In this document: piece by piece, positions 25,566 through 40,192 of the stretch
Position numbering within the stretch: the first letter of the stretch is position 1
Layout of the letters: the number at the start of each line of letters is the position of its first letter
NCBI GenBank assembly: GCA_951406725.2
Contig: OX597820.1
Coordinates: 83,452,001 to 83,516,000, forward strand
From: Octopus vulgaris
Taxonomy: Eukaryota
Reading direction: 5' to 3'
Length of the DNA stretch: 64,000 bases
Made by a program: the position numbers and the translations under genes
Notes under the pieces: model-generated
Database searches by the model: none
Told to the model about the DNA's origin: nothing
Seen by the model: only the letters and a program-made list of their open reading frames with translations

Positions 25566-28199
25566 TAGTGGTAGATATGCAAATAGTTGTAGTTATATGT
25601 AGGATATATTTGCCTGTATCTACGGCAATATGCTATTGGTAGCTTTAGCGATAACAGGACGTGAGAATTAATGTGAGTGTGTATATATTGCGCTATTAAT
25701 TTTGGATATAAAATGAGGTAATCCGTTGTTGAAAGATAATTTAATCCTTCGTTTTACGTTTCTGCACCAGTAAATATCGAGAGATACAAAAAGAAAAAAA
25801 AAAAGGAAAAGGAATGCTAGTGGAAAGAGGAGTCTACTTGCTGATTATTACGCTCCGTGGATAACGATTTCAGTTCATCTTCACGGCTGATAACATTTCG
25901 CGAAGTACTGAATTCGTACACTTAAAGTTAACTTCCGACATATTAATGCAGGAAATTCTGCTTCTATTGCACGCCGATCGTTCATGTATACTTTAATTAT
26001 ATTGTCAATTTGAAACAACTGAATACGGAACTAATTTATTAGCAATTCTATCATGACTGAAGTATTATCTGAATTCAAACTTACTGGTGATTCTTCATAG
26101 CTTATGGAATGCAACGCTTCCCTGTGTTACACACAACTCGGTGAATTGCTGGGTAATATTATATTATCTTGCTGTGGCATAGAGAGAAGTTTAAAATGAG
26201 ATACACGTGTTTTATACACAAAAATAGATGAATAGAAAAATATATCCATTGTGTTATCTAAACGTGAACAATGGAATGTATAAGGAATTTTTTCTTTAAA
26301 AGAAGATTGGAAAACTTTTAAAAAACTTAAAAGAATAGTTAACAAAATTGTCGATAATCGCATCTAATTATGCTCGTAAGTATAACACCGATCTATGTTC
26401 ACCAGGCTATAAGGAAAATGTACGTGTATATGCCTCATTGAGAGATATCTTAAAAATACATAAACTGAGAAAAATCTTGTCATTTAGTTCGCATAATTAT
26501 CCACAAATATATGTATAATCCATCGAATATATAAAAAAATACTTTTGTGACTCGTTATCATTGCTCAACACGGTTTCCTTTATTTCATAGGGCTTAAGCG
26601 TATAAAAGAATATAATGACAAATTTCATGTGCAATCCACCATGAAATTGCATCAACGAATCATCGCAGTCACGTCTTTGAAAAGAGTAATAGAAAATTAA
26701 TTCTATTGCCATTTATTCATGCTTCGTAGTTTCTTATGTGACTCGATAACTCTACTGAGATATATTGCTTCATGTAAAATATACGTATAATTTTTTTTTC
26801 CATTTACAATATAAGAAAAATTTCAATAAAACAAATTATATGTGTAGCAGAAATTGTATTTGCCTTTTTTCATTTTTTTAACAAAATCTTATTTCACAAA
26901 TCTGTAATGCTTAGAATTAGATATATAACACAATATGGCATTGTTGATGAAATTGAATTTTGAGATGTAAAGTATTTCGTTTAAATATATAACAAATTAT
27001 TTTACAAATGATAAAAATTCTTCTTTTCAATGAGAAACGATTTGTTTATTTTCTCATTTAGTTCCAGACAACAATGAAATGTAAAGAAGAAGACATAGAA
27101 AAAAATCTCTTATAAACTACAAGAATAAATAGCATGTTGCAATATGTAGTCTACCACCTCGCACATGTTTACCGACTGAAATTAATACATTTATGCAATT
27201 ACAGACGCTGAAAGACATACATTAAATTGACACAAACGTTGTAGATATACATGTAGAGAATAGTAACATGTGTAAAGAAATACATACACATACACATATG
27301 TACGCATATATATATATATATATATTCATCCATATTCATCCGAAAGAAAGCATAGTCTAAAAATTTGGCGGGACAGTAATATTTTACGTGATCGCTATTT
27401 ATCGCCGGTCAGAAGAGTACAATTGGTTTCACGTCTTTTATTGCAATATAGGTGACCCATGAAACCAGCTGGCGAGTGACACGTACCCTCTTTACTAATG
27501 CAGGTCAAAATACAGTCTTAGTCAGCTTTGCGGGAAAAAAACAACAACCTGAAACAAACTCTAGGAGTCCTGGAACTACCGCCTTTTGAATACTTCCATT
27601 TCTGTCCGAAAACGGTCATATAATGTCCATTTTCCATTCTTAATCAACAAGTAGGGACACCCCCATTTCATTTTCGAAATTTCAGTCATGGGACACAAAC
27701 TAAAAACTTCACATTTGAATTAGGAAGGGACTTCTTAATTCAAATAGCCTACGATGTTGCAGGGTTCTCCCTGTAATCTCTGCTCTTTTAAACGTCATAT
27801 ATATAGTTGGCCAATGCCATAACTTTGAGAGATCCTAGAAGAGGTCCTGCGGTTAATTAGATTTAGCTTAAAGGTTGGACTAGCATATTTCCGTCTGTGT
27901 TTCCGTACATTATTGATGTTGCTATTTTTGCTGCTCTGCTACAACTGTTGTTCTTAGTTTTACCACCGAACACGACGACAGTCTCATAGATCACTGCCTC
28001 GAAGTCGTATCGACCGCACCTGCTGGGTATTCACAGTTAGAGCTACACTGGAGCCTGTCTTTGTATGCGGTTTGGATACCTACAAATAAATGTACCAATT
28101 GGACTGCGTGAAATTCTTATATATGCATCAACTTTGAAAATCATCATTAATAAATTTTGCTTCACTGAAAAAATGCAGGTTTATCTATGCCTTCATTTA

Positions 28200-30015
28200 T
28201 CATTTTAAAACAGGCAAAGCAGTTCTAAGAGAAGTGAAATCTAGAAAGGAATATTTAATAATAGCATGACCAGATTATATGAAAGTCAATGACATGATTT
28301 AACTCACATAGATAAAGTGAATGTTTGAGTATAATAAGTGTTACAGAAAGGATAAGAGAGTTAATTATCTGTAGCATGAATGGACAGTAGGTTGATACTC
28401 AGGTGACATAGCGTTAGGAAATGTTAATATCAAGAAGGAAGTTTTTCAAGATTACTCGTTATCTCCTTTAATATTTGTATTATGCTTAATTCGCCTCGGA
28501 TTAGTATTAAGGCAACAGCAGGGTATCAGTTTAGGGAGAGTTAAGACAAAATTAACCATATGCTCTACATGGATAATCTGAAACTTTTTAGTAAGAATGA
28601 AAATAAGATAGATTCCCTCATACAAAATGTTATAATGTTTAGCAAAGATATATGAATGGGATTTGGAATAGATAAGAGTGCAACATTTATCATAAAAAGA
28701 GACTTGTAATCAGAAGTAAACGCATCCACGTCCCAGATGGTCAGACATAAAAATCAATGAAATAAGGAGAGAGTTATAAGTAAAAAGGAGTATTAAAATT
28801 TGACAGAACACTAACTAGAAATAAATATGAAAATTGAGGTGTACATCAGAAGTGTGAGTAAGCTAATGAAATCAAAGCTAACTGGTCCGAAACGAATCTA
28901 GTGGGAAGTATTGTTACTTAGATATACAGCAGCTTTTGTTTAGATTGGACAAAATCTGAATTAGCAAATCTAGACAGAAAACTATGAAGAAATCTGATAT
29001 GAATGGAGGAATTTATTAAAGAACTGAAAACCAGTAGTAAGCATTTACTCACCTGGAACGGAAGGTGGTAGAAGCTTAATATCTGTAGAAAATAACGTGG
29101 ATTTAGCTAGAGTAGACATAGCTTCCCATGTAGGTAAAATGCGAAGAAGTTTATTCAGAGCTTTTAGAGTAACAGTAGGACATAGGGAAACCAGAAAGCC
29201 AAATGAAGTTAAATACCAGAAAAAAGGAAATAGATTATCTGACAGGCAAGAGAAGTATTTGAATGATATATTCTCAAAACTATTTGCAAGAAGTTTGTCC
29301 GCAACAGCACAAGATAAAACATTTAGAATTAATTCGATAAAAGTCAGGAAAGGCAAAAAAAATAATAAACAAGTAGATTCCGAATATAGGATATGTAAAT
29401 CAAAAGAGGAAAGTATTATTTACATAAGTGAATGTATCATGCTGACACAAAAATGAAAAATACAGGAAATCTCATGGTAATCTAGGGATAACAAACCACT
29501 GGGATTTATGAAAGAAATTAGTAGTTGATCTTACTGACAAAGAGTATGAGCATGAAACTACTAAAATCCTAGAAAGTAAGAAATATAAGATGTAGGCATT
29601 TAACAATCAGACGGGCAGTGTAATAAAACATAGAAGGTCTGATTTAGTAGTAGTGGACAAAGAGACTAGAAAATGCCAGGCAATTGACTTTACTGAGAAA
29701 GTAAATATGGGAGGTATACAGAATATAAAGTGAGGGAAAACTAGTCTTTGATTTACAACAATAAGGGCAAGTGCAGGTAAATGTATCCCTGAATTTATAG
29801 GTGCGTTTGGTAATATTCCTAAAGATTTGAACAGAAGGATAAAGGAAAAAATGAATAAAATTCAGATTAGTGAAGCTCCAGAAAACAGTGTTATTAGGGA
29901 CAGCTATGATACACAGGAAGATAATTGGCATCTGAGGTTAATTGCTGTAGACCGATGTTAGGAAATTTTTTTTTCCAGCAGTATAATCAACTGTGCGTAG
30001 AAAAACAGCAACAAC
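28200..30015 (+). mobile_element. Old R4/Dong-clade LINE (RT + RLE), degraded
   Basis: Peptides FQDYSLSPLIF (~28444), NHMLYMDNLK (~28554), FGIDK, GGRSL, RSDLVVVDKETRKCQAIDF and LQKTVLLGTA. Ends in a (CAA)n tail. Confidence 0.85.
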
Positions 30016-30443
30016 AACAAGAGTAAGACTTTCCACTATAGGCACAAGACCTGAAATTGTGGGGTAAGGGGTGATTCAATTATATCGGTCCCAGTGTTTC
30101 GCTGGTATTTAATTTATCAACCCAGATACGCTACGTCGACTATATAATTTATAATTTTCACTTTAATATTTTACTGAATAAGTCACTTTCTCTTAACAGT
30201 TATTTTCTATTAACTGACGACGTGAATACAGCTTAACCCTTGACAACGAAATGAGTGTGACTGATGAGTGTTAACTCATTCTGAATTCATCGATGGTTTC
30301 ATACTCCTCGCTTGCGTAGCGTCATGACCTCCATTGACAGTCAATAGATAAGTGCTAAGCTCGTGTCTCAGAGTTCTTTTTCACTCTAGCAACGCTGGCG
30401 CTGAATTGTTCCCTTAGTCACATTAGTGGACAATTGTGCTTAT

Positions 30444-30444
<1 letters not shown>

Positions 30445-30540
<96 letters not shown>
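30445..30540. repeat. (TA)n microsatellite
   Basis: Directly visible. Confidence 0.97.
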
Positions 30541-30542
<2 letters not shown>

Positions 30543-30559
30543 TGTGTGTTTGTGTGTAT

Positions 30560-32460
30560 ATATAGTGTAAATTGTGACACAGGCACAGCTCCTAAACTAG
30601 GTATAGAAGATAGGGTAGAAACACTGGCGAAGAAAGATGCCTTCAAATCTATCAACGATCATAAGCGTAGCAATATCTCGAACCCTAAAGTCTGATAAAT
30701 CTGGTGAAGTCTGAGATCAGTCACGCGGGTAAACAGTTCATCAGGAAGATCTGTAACGACCTTAGAAACGCCTCTGAATTCGCCCTATTGCTAAGCAACA
30801 ACGATGTCCTTAATGGTCTAAGGCCAACTGCAGCAGGGGTAGAGCTAGGTTTATTTGATATAGTGGACTTCTACCCATCTATTTGATATAGTGAACTTCT
30901 ACCCATCTATATTATGGGAGATCCTGTTAAAGGCACTGAACTTCACTAGAACCTATACTGAGGTCAAAAACCGGGATATAAGCATTAATATGCACGCCAG
31001 AAGAACCCTACTCTCCAGTAAGCGGTCTGCTTGGATCAAACGCACTGATCCAGGGGACTCTTTCAACGTAGCAATGGGTGTTTTTGACAATGCGGATGTA
31101 TGTGACCTAGTCGCTTTCCTCATCATAGACATACTTGAAATGAAATCTCCTTCAGCTAGCTTTGGCCTCTACAAGGCCGATGTGCTGGCAACATGAAAAG
31201 GAGCTAACGGCCACACGATAGATAGGCTCAGAAAGGACCTCACAAGCACTATGAATTCCCTCGAACTGAAGGTAAATATAGAGACCAACCTAAAAAAAAG
31301 TAGAATCAGGTGCCTATATGCTGTTTAGGAAATCAAATGAGAAGTTGTGGTAGATTAACACAAGTTTCTGCCATCATTCCATAGCGGCCAGGAACCTAGT
31401 TTAAAGCGTGAGGAGGACAATTTCTTGCTCGTCTTCAGACAGAGAGATATTCGATGCTGCTGCCCCGTAGTATGACTGAACTCTGGCTGCCAGCAGTTTC
31501 AATGATAGTATTAGGTACATGCCAGACCTTAGTCCCACCAAGAAAAAGCAGCACCGGAAAGTGCTGTGGTTCACACCACCATTCTCTTTAAGCATTAGGA
31601 TCAGATTAGGTAATATCTTCGTAGGTTTAATTGATAGACATTTCCTCCGTACCAATTGATTTAACAAAATATTTAATAGCTATACCCTTCGATTATCTTT
31701 GTGCGGTGCGCCTAGTGTAAAGACGGTTTTAGTAGGAAAACCCAAGGCCGAGACTGACGATTGATGCTCATGTAGGGGTAACAATATCCCCTAAACGGCC
31801 AATGCAATACGGAAACAGATGTTTACGAGGAAGCAGTAACAGGAACAGGTCCCAATGGACACTCAAGAGTGCGGAAATATGTGGGGGCAACTGAATGCTC
31901 TTTCAGAACCCACTTTAATAACCACAAGACCTCAATCAACATCCCAGAGATACATAGCGCCTCAACCCTATCCAAGCACATCTGAGCTTTAAAAGAAAGT
32001 GCCACGGAGTACAGTATAAATTGGAAGATCATAGAAAGATGCAAGCCGTACTTCAATAGTAGAAGAAAGTGCACATTATGCTTGGTTGAGAAGAGAGCGA
32101 TTTCAAAATGTACCCAAAGCCCGGATGTTTACTTCAGTAGCAGGAGTGAGATCTTTAATCCTTATCAGCATGAAAGAAAGTACGGTTTATCGTACTAGCT
32201 TGACCCACAATGTCAGCACCACAGGTCCCTGACTCGACCTTTCTATAAACGACCTTCAACCAATGAACCTAGCCTCAGCAAAGAGAGTTTGAGCACGACA
32301 CACACCAATGTACCCATATACAAGGGTTAAGGCGGATGCCCCGCATATAACTATCCCCCATCACATATCCCTTCACAACAATTGTACCCCACATATAAAC
32401 AGACCCTTCACACGCACATTATACATTACATACAGCACACATTGTAAAAATCAATAAAAA
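30560..32460 (+). mobile_element. Degraded Penelope-like element (RT + GIY-YIG endonuclease + A/C-rich 3' region)
   Basis: Peptides DHK, FDIVDFYPSI (~30854), FNVAMGVFDNADVCDLV, WFTPPFS, PLNGQC, KYVGATE..F..HFNNHK, LSKHI, INWKIIE and KCTLCLVEK. Confidence 0.88.
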
Positions 32461-32514
32461 GAGTACTCCATCTAATGAGAGTCTAATGTTACTATAAATG
32501 CTTCGTACTATATG

Positions 32515-32657
32515 CATTTACATTTGACGGATATATATCCTCATCTTATTTGTTGTTAACACAACGTTACAGCTGATATACCCTCCGGCTTTCATCAGGT
32601 GTCTTGAGGAAATTTCGATTCACATTCCTAAGGTTGTGGTTCGATTCCAGTTAGTTA

Positions 32658-32745
<88 letters not shown>

Positions 32746-32748
32746 AAT

Positions 32749-32840
<92 letters not shown>

Positions 32841-33026
32841 TAATAATAAGTACATCGAAAAATACGATAGGAATGACAACCCAGGTTCGAAATTTCCCCA
32901 AGACACCTTATGAAGGCTGGAGGGTATATCAGCTGAAAGGTTACGTTAACAACAAAGAAGATGAGGACAAATATCCGTCAAATGTAAATAATGTACATAA
33001 TTCTTCATTTCTTAAATATAGAACTA
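32515..33026 (+). mobile_element. Composite element: inverted tail copy + truncated tRNA-like head + (AAT)n + hammerhead-bearing tail, locus B
   Basis: Inverted arm 32515-32634, B-box GGTTCGATTCC 32638-32648, (AAT)n 32662-32849 and tail 32850-33026 homologous to locus A. Both HHR cores carry point mutations (CTTATGA in the tail, GTAAC in the inverted arm). Confidence 0.85.
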
Positions 33027-33039
33027 CAAGGAATTTTTG

Positions 33040-33655
33040 CTTAAACGACCATAAGCGTAAATTAAAATCGGATATTGGTAAAAATTTCCTGACACTATTA
33101 GATAATCATTTTCCTGTAGGAGATATTTGACAGAAATACTGTTATATTCTCACGTACATTGCTACCCAAACATGAAAAATATTATCAACCGCAGGAGCCA
33201 GTAAGGGAAGAACCCAGGCTGTAATTGTCGTAATGCAGAATTCTGTATGCTAGACCATAAGTTTTTAAATAAGTCCCTCCCATATGGAGCAGGGGTCTCG
33301 GCAAACATTAGTATCAATGTTTTCACTGATAAGAAAATCTAGATTGGATTATGCGAAAGGAATTTCAAAAGAACAGTGACCCAATCATATGGCATTCTAC
33401 CGCCATAATGCGAAGAGTAAAGCTACAAAGTTGGCGATCCGCATTTGGGAACTGAAACCGAACAATATTTTATACATTATCAAATGGAAAATAATAGAAA
33501 ATTCTAAGCAATATATTAATGGATTCAACAAACGTAGGCTTTGCTTGGCTGAAAGGCGCAGATTTTATTCAAATAAAGTATTCCGAACTCAATTTTTAAA
33601 CACATGATCTTATATATTGTTTGCGTGTAAACATATTTCTAAGTATATTCTTTAA
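33040..33655 (+). mobile_element. PLE fragment, GIY-YIG endonuclease region
   Basis: Peptides DIGKNFLTLLDNHFP, CNCRN..C, KIxIGLCE..FK, ATKLAIRIWELK, IKWKIIE and LCLAE. Confidence 0.8.
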
Positions 33656-34372
33656 AAAAAATTGGACGATTTCACCGATAATGAACTGAACAACTTTTTT
33701 TTCTAAAAATTATTTTCTCAATATAATTCTGAAATATTTTCTGTCATTTCCTTTCTGTATAATATCGACCTTCAAATTTTCCTCTCATATTTCAACGATT
33801 TATGTATATTCTCTACCAGATCTTCCTACTTATATTTACACTATTTTTTTAATATTTATTTTTTAATATATATTTAATATAACTTGTATAGTATATATAC
33901 TGTGTGTAGCTTTGAGTATGCATGAGTTTGTATGGTCTTTGGTGTCTTTTGAATCTTCGTATATATATTTCAGTTTTTGTTATATATATTTATATTTCGT
34001 ATTTTCTTCATACTTTTCATGTTCATTCAAGCATTTATAGGTTTTTGAAAATTATATTTTAATATATCTTTTAATATATATTTAACATACCCTTTAAGTT
34101 TATATATATAATTTTCAATTATTTATTTATAATTTTTTGAAAACTTTTTCGTTTTTTTTATTCTTCATTCACCCATCTTTGTTGAAGCTTCATTTAGGTA
34201 CATTTTGCCTTCGTATTGCTTCACATCTGTCCTCTATCTAAACGCAAACCTCTTGTTTGGAAAGTTCAATCAGCGCCTGCTGAAAGTACTTAAGTACGTT
34301 AAATTACTAGTAGCGCATATAATGCATGTAGTAGAAAGCATTTATAGTAATACACACACACACACACACACT

Positions 34373-34417
<45 letters not shown>

Positions 34418-35029
34418 CTGTTTATATATGTCTGTGTAAGTGTATATACAATTACACACGTTCACAATACTACATAAACTCACATTTCTGATTTTGTGCA
34501 TGAACAAGTCTATCATTGCAAGTGTGTCGAAATTCAAGCCGTCACGGTGCGGCAAGCAATTGAAGAAAATATGGGGGAAAAATCGCAGATACAAAATTCT
34601 CTTTATTATTTATCGTCAAGAAATGAAGGTGGTTTCCTCATGACCGATGGGTGATCTTCAACTAATATTAGTATTATATTATCCTCAAATTTATGATACC
34701 AGTCTGCTAACATGTGAAACAAGTAGGCAGAACGCAGAATGTAAAGACCTTAAAGTAAGAAGACCAATCTGATACACTTTTGCACAGCCAGAATGAAGAC
34801 AAGATGAAGACTTCATTTAGTAATTCGTTCGACGAATACTGTGTAAAGATATTGTAGATAGTTAAACAATATAGCGCATTGCCTTTGTTGAGAACTACGT
34901 ACGAGTTAAGAGTTGTGTGTGTGTGTGTATGTGTGTGTGCGTGTGTGCGATTAAGAGGTGGATTTCCGGTTTTGATCCAATTACATGAAACTATGTCCTT
35001 GTTCTAATTATACCATAAATTTTGACGAT

Positions 35030-35300
35030 GAAGTGGAATCTTGATGCTTGGAGAGCAATTGTAGATGTGTGTGCAGACACTACACTTTCCTCCACGCCTT
35101 GTGATGCAGAAATCAGCATTTAGTCCTTGAGTTCTCTTTTGTCTAGTTCTGTGAGTATATTGAGATTACGTATCAAATTTGACCTGTCTTCCTGCCTTTT
35201 TGCTGGAAATTCTTGTAAATTCTGATGATAATTGTTTTTCTCCATTGCATAAATGAACAGCTATCTTGTGAGGAACTATCGTTGTGTAAAATATAATACT
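35030..35300 (-). mobile_element. Possible old RTE-type LINE 3' remnant
   Basis: The minus strand loosely follows the KRxxxR...EL...WR terminal pattern. Very degenerate. Confidence 0.3.
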
Positions 35301-36052
35301 GTGTGTAATCTAAATGAACCCTGCGTTATAATGATGTATGCATCAACGAAAGTAGAAGTGCCTGTTTCTATCCTGTGAAGCGTAAGTAAACGTTTCTGAA
35401 GTTTGAAAATCATATTCTCAAGTGTTGAATAGAGATAATATTAGTGGCAAATAGCATGGCGTTTCGTGTGATAAAACATATTGCGAAAATAAATGTTAAA
35501 TATAGCACAGGAAGCATTAGCGAATAGTCGTAAAGGTATCTCCGTAAAAAAATATTGTTTTGAAGAGGTTACTCCGCCATAAACTAAGATGAATTTGATG
35601 AAGGAAGCTGCAAACGGAACTTAAGCGGAGGATTAAATGATGAAGTAAATATCGACAAATGTTATAACGTTTAATCATGATTAAAAGTTGGAATCTGATC
35701 TACACCCACTCAAAGTGGCAATATTCGTATGTATACCTCGTTGAGCAATCTCTCTCAGTTTTAAAATAAATATCCTTAAATATTATTTATTCTCACTAAT
35801 ATATTCATACTATAAAACAGTCTTTCCGTCAGTTGTAATTGTTGCTCAACAGAGAAGGTGGGGGGGTCTTGTATTTTGCATATTTTAGGATATTGGGAGA
35901 AAGACAACGGCACGTATTGTGTGAAACTATTTCAGTAGTTGTGTTATACAATGGTAATAAATATAGTAATAAAAAATACTTTTCCAGTACTTCTTGTGTC
36001 ATAGTTTAGATCTAAACTGATATTTCAATGTTTTCATTAACTTAATTAAACA

Positions 36053-36432
36053 TAGCGTAGTAGTGGTTGTGTGGTAAGTACCTTGCTTACGAACCACATG
36101 GCTCCGGGTTCAGACCCACGAGCAATTGTCTTCTACTATAGCCTCGGGCTGACCAAAGCCTTGTGAGTGGATTTGGTAGGCGGAAACTAAAAGAAGCCCG
36201 TCGTATATATGTATATATACATATATATGTATGTGTGTGTGTATGTGGCCCTCCAACATCGCTTGACAACCGATGCTGGTGTGTTTACGTCCCCGTAACT
36301 TAGCGTTCGGCAAAAAAGACCGATAAAATATGTACTAGGCTTACACAGAATAAGTCCTGTGGTCGATTTCCTCGCCTAAAGGCGGTGCTCCAGCATGGCC
36401 ACAGTCAAATGACTGAAACGAGTAAAAGAGTA
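36053..36432 (+). mobile_element. CORE-like SINE (OR2-like)
   Basis: Near full-length match to 57548-57968 with a short deletion in the core. Confidence 0.9.
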
Positions 36433-36689
36433 TAGCAATACTTAATTCATTTTTGAATGATAATTTGAAACTAAAAGGATTAGTGACACAGAGTGTGGGT
36501 AGATTTGGTTACAATAGACATATCTGTATTTACATTCTAGTTATCAAACACATTTCACAAATAGATAACTATCGTATGGAAAGTCATTTATTATGGTGTC
36601 TTAGTGAAAATGAATGTTGTGCATTAATGAATACCCATCTCTTATAATATATATAGTATATTGTAGTTATGAGTTTAAAAAAATATCTC

Positions 36690-37030
36690 TTACGTCTTTC
36701 AGTCATTAGAATTCGGCCATTGTGGGGCACGGCCTTGTATAATTTTAGTCGAACGAATTGTCGAAGTATTTATCTTTTGAAGTTTGAAACATATTCTATG
36801 GGAATTTTTGCCGAACCTCTAGGCTACGGGCACGAAAACATAAGAACACCTGTTTCCATGTGGTTGCGGAGAACAATCACAGACTCAAAGATTCATACAT
36901 ATACGCAGGAGTGCGCGCAATCACACACTTATTCCCTACCGGCTTATCTCAGCTCCATCTGACAAATCCTCTCACAAGGCTTTGGTCGGCCTGAGGCTAT
37001 ACTAGAAAACACTTGCTCAAGTTGTCATGC
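36690..37030 (-). mobile_element. Degraded CORE-like SINE
   Basis: TTTCAGTCATT..GCGGCCAT and CTCACAAGGCTTTGGTCGGCCTGAGGCTATA match the family in reverse. Confidence 0.7.
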
Positions 37031-37496
37031 TCGAAGCGACGTATAGAATATATTCCAGTATTATCTAAAAGAAATGCAGGCTTCAAAAAATCCGATCACA
37101 TTTCTAACAAAGTAAAAAGTACAGAACATTAGCAAACACTGGGTGATACGTGAAAGGTGTGTAATGCATGGGAAATTACATGCCCATTATAATATAAGAG
37201 GTTTTCACAGACGTTTCTGAGAGTGCTAGTTATAAGTAAACCAGAAATGAGGTTGAGATATAGGCTAATGTTGATGTATTCCCGCCTATGTGTAGGAGTT
37301 ATCATTTAATTCTTGAAGTGTGTTTAAATTTGTATTTTAAAATACATTTTCTTACCTCCGTAAAACTTTATTCGTCATATTATTATCCTGTCCAATATTC
37401 AGTTGCATAAAATATTTTAAGCACTCTAATCCGAAGTTATAAATTTGTGATATGAATAGTCGGTATCACTGAAGCGATTTCTTCCGTGAATATTTC

Positions 37497-38125
37497 AACA
37501 ATCAAAAACAGCGAGTTGGCAGTATCGTTACCGCGCCAAGGCGGCGAGCTGGCAGAGACGTTAGCACCTCGGGCGAAATGCTTGGCAATATTTCGTCTGC
37601 CGCTAGGCTCTGAGTTCAAATCCCGCCGAGGTCGACTTTGCCTTTCATCCTCTCGGAGTCGATTAAATAAGTACCATTTACGCACTTGGGTCGATATAAT
37701 CGACTTAATTCGATTGTGTGTCCTTGTTTGTCCATCTGAGTTTAGCCCTTTGTGGGTAGTAAAGAAATAGGTATTTCGTTTTTCTTTACGTTCATAATTC
37801 AAATACCACCGAGGTCGACTTTGCTTTCATCCTTTCGGAATAGATAAATCAAGTACCAGTGGAGTACTGAGGTCGATCTAATCGCTGCCCCCCACCAAAA
37901 AAAAAAAAAATCGGGCCTTGCGCCTAGTGTAGAAAAGAATAGTTACCACGCCAGAAAAAATGCTTCAAGGCATTTCTTCTGTCTTCAACGTCTGAGTTCA
38001 AATTCGTCCAAGTTCGATTTTGGCTTTCCTCCCTTCATGGTCGATGATATATATACCAGTTGAACACTGGGGCGGATGTAATCGACTTAGCCCTGCACTA
38101 AAATTGCTGGCTTTGTGCCAAAATT
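37497..38125 (+). mobile_element. Cluster of 3-4 copies of a second SINE family (Meta/MESC-like core); best copy 37538-37775
   Basis: Head GGCGGCGAGCTGGCAGA, B-box-like GAGTTCAAATCC, and the core GAGGTCGACTTTGCCTTTCATCCT..CGAT.AAAT.AGTACCA repeated at ~37628, ~37811 and ~38010. Confidence 0.85.
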
Positions 38126-38264
38126 CGAATTGCAACACTTCATTAACTTTACGTATAAAAGTGTCACATCTCTGAAGATTTTACACTAAATAATTTTTCA
38201 TTATATAATTCACATTGCGTTATTATCAATTATTTTAGTTAATGAAATCTACATCAATTATATA

Positions 38265-38364
38265 NNNNNNNNNNNNNNNNNNNNNNNNNNNNNNNNNNNN
38301 NNNNNNNNNNNNNNNNNNNNNNNNNNNNNNNNNNNNNNNNNNNNNNNNNNNNNNNNNNNNNNNN
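38265..38364. other. Assembly gap (100 N)
   Basis: Exactly 100 N, which is a typical fixed-size scaffolding spacer. True distance and orientation across it are unknown. Confidence 0.99.
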
Positions 38365-38769
38365 TTATATGCCTCTGTACGTATTGTGTAAATTTATTCT
38401 TACCATTTTTAGATGACATGTTTTTATTCTAATCACAGTTCTCCATTGGGATAATAATGTCTTCTTAAGAAACAAATTAAAAAAAACGAAAACATCATTA
38501 TTGATAATAGGAATAAAATAAAGATAAAGATAAAGATAAATTTAAAACTATTGCAATATATAATACAAATAATAATATTAGTTGCAACAGAAATAATTAC
38601 CATGCTTTTTGAAAGTAATCAAATGTCACTCTCAAAATACATAAAAATACACTCAATTAGTCTAGCGAATAAAAATGTTCTATTACTGATACATAAGTAC
38701 AATGCAAAGACAAAATACATAAAACTAACGAGATGAAGTGTTTTATATGTAGATATAAAGCAACAATAT

Positions 38770-38810
38770 ATACATATATACTTATATATATATATATATA
38801 TATATAAGTA

Positions 38811-38856
<46 letters not shown>

Positions 38857-38890
38857 CATATATATGTATATATGTATATTTATATATATG

Positions 38891-38974
<84 letters not shown>

Positions 38975-39015
38975 TAGATATATATGAACGTATGTACGTG
39001 TGTGTGTGTGTGTGT
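38770..39015. repeat. (TA)n/(GATA)n/(TG)n compound microsatellite
   Basis: Directly visible. Confidence 0.96.
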
Positions 39016-40192
39016 GATGAGATTGAAAAAGATTGGGAACCATAAAAACGTAGAGGGAAGGAGTGATAGATGGAGATAGTGGTATTCTTGCATACGAACA
39101 TAATTATATATATATCTTACATATAATTGAAGGCGTGTGCAGATATGTATGTCGTATGAGTGTTTATAGATGTGTGTGTATGTGTGAGTATATATGCGTG
39201 TCTATATGTATATGTGCATATGTATGTGTGCTTGCATGTATGCATAAGCGCATGAATGTATATAGCGTGAAAGATATCAAGAGATAACCTACAACTTCTT
39301 AGAGGGAGATTATAAAATAAAGCGAAGACAAAACATGTCTAACATAACTGGTATAGTGAAAATAAATGTTCAAAATGAAGACAAATTAGCTACTGAGATG
39401 TATAGAACATGATTTACTATTTCGAGGCATGTCGTTTATAATAGAGAAGTGAGATATATATGAGAACTAAGAGAGAAAGCATTTGAAATGACACCGATTT
39501 TACGACGTCTGTTTACATAGCAATCGTAGTGTAAAAATAAGTTGAAAGTGAGATTGACGAAATGCAAGAGATGAAAGATTTTGTGTAATCTTGCGAATAT
39601 GTGAGGAGAAAGAGGAACTGTGGATGATAAATAGGGATTAAGACTAATAAAGAAAAGAGAGTGATAGGAATCGTAAACGGAAATTGTTGAATGAAAAAGA
39701 GAAATGGAACAATGGACAGAGGGAGAGATAGAGGGTGGAGCGAGGGAGAAAGAGAAGGAGGGAGAGACAGAGGAACAGGGTGGAAGAGCAAGAGGAGTTT
39801 CAGTTTCTCAACCCAAAGGTGCATTCACAAAAGTGCATTCATGTATGATGTTATAGGTTTAAATTATTGTAGAGATATAAAAGTTTAAAGTGTGCCACAT
39901 GACATGTATCTGTGCAGCATATATGTGTTACGCAGAGAAGAAATTCATGCAAGGGTAACTGGCTGAAAGTACGTATATATGTGTTAATGAGATGGCGCAT
40001 TTCAATAAGTCTAACTGCGCTGCTTACTCGTACGAAGTATTAAAGCCCTCCTACCATTTGCCAGTACATGTTCGGTATGTTCAGTGTATGCAAAAGTAAA
40101 AATTCTTAGAATTAGTATATCTGGCTTGTGAAAAGTGTAACCTTGTTCTCGTGTGACTTGCTGTTGCATAGTGTGGTAAGTTATACTGTAAT

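Noticed and set aside
27440-27900. Possible LINE AP-endonuclease remnant on the minus strand (GVSLLV)
   Set aside because: A single short motif is too little to call.
30209-30286. CTGACGA...GAAATGAGT...ACTCATT hammerhead-like arrangement
   Set aside because: Stem II has only ~2 bp and stem I is poor. Not supportable without other copies.
30852-30907. 28-bp tandem duplication at the PLE RT motif FDIVDFYPS
   Set aside because: It is real but an ordinary inactivating slippage event.
34274-34315. CTGAAA-GTACTTAAGTAC-GTTAAA hairpin downstream of a PLE fragment
   Set aside because: Both core boxes deviate from the HHR consensus.
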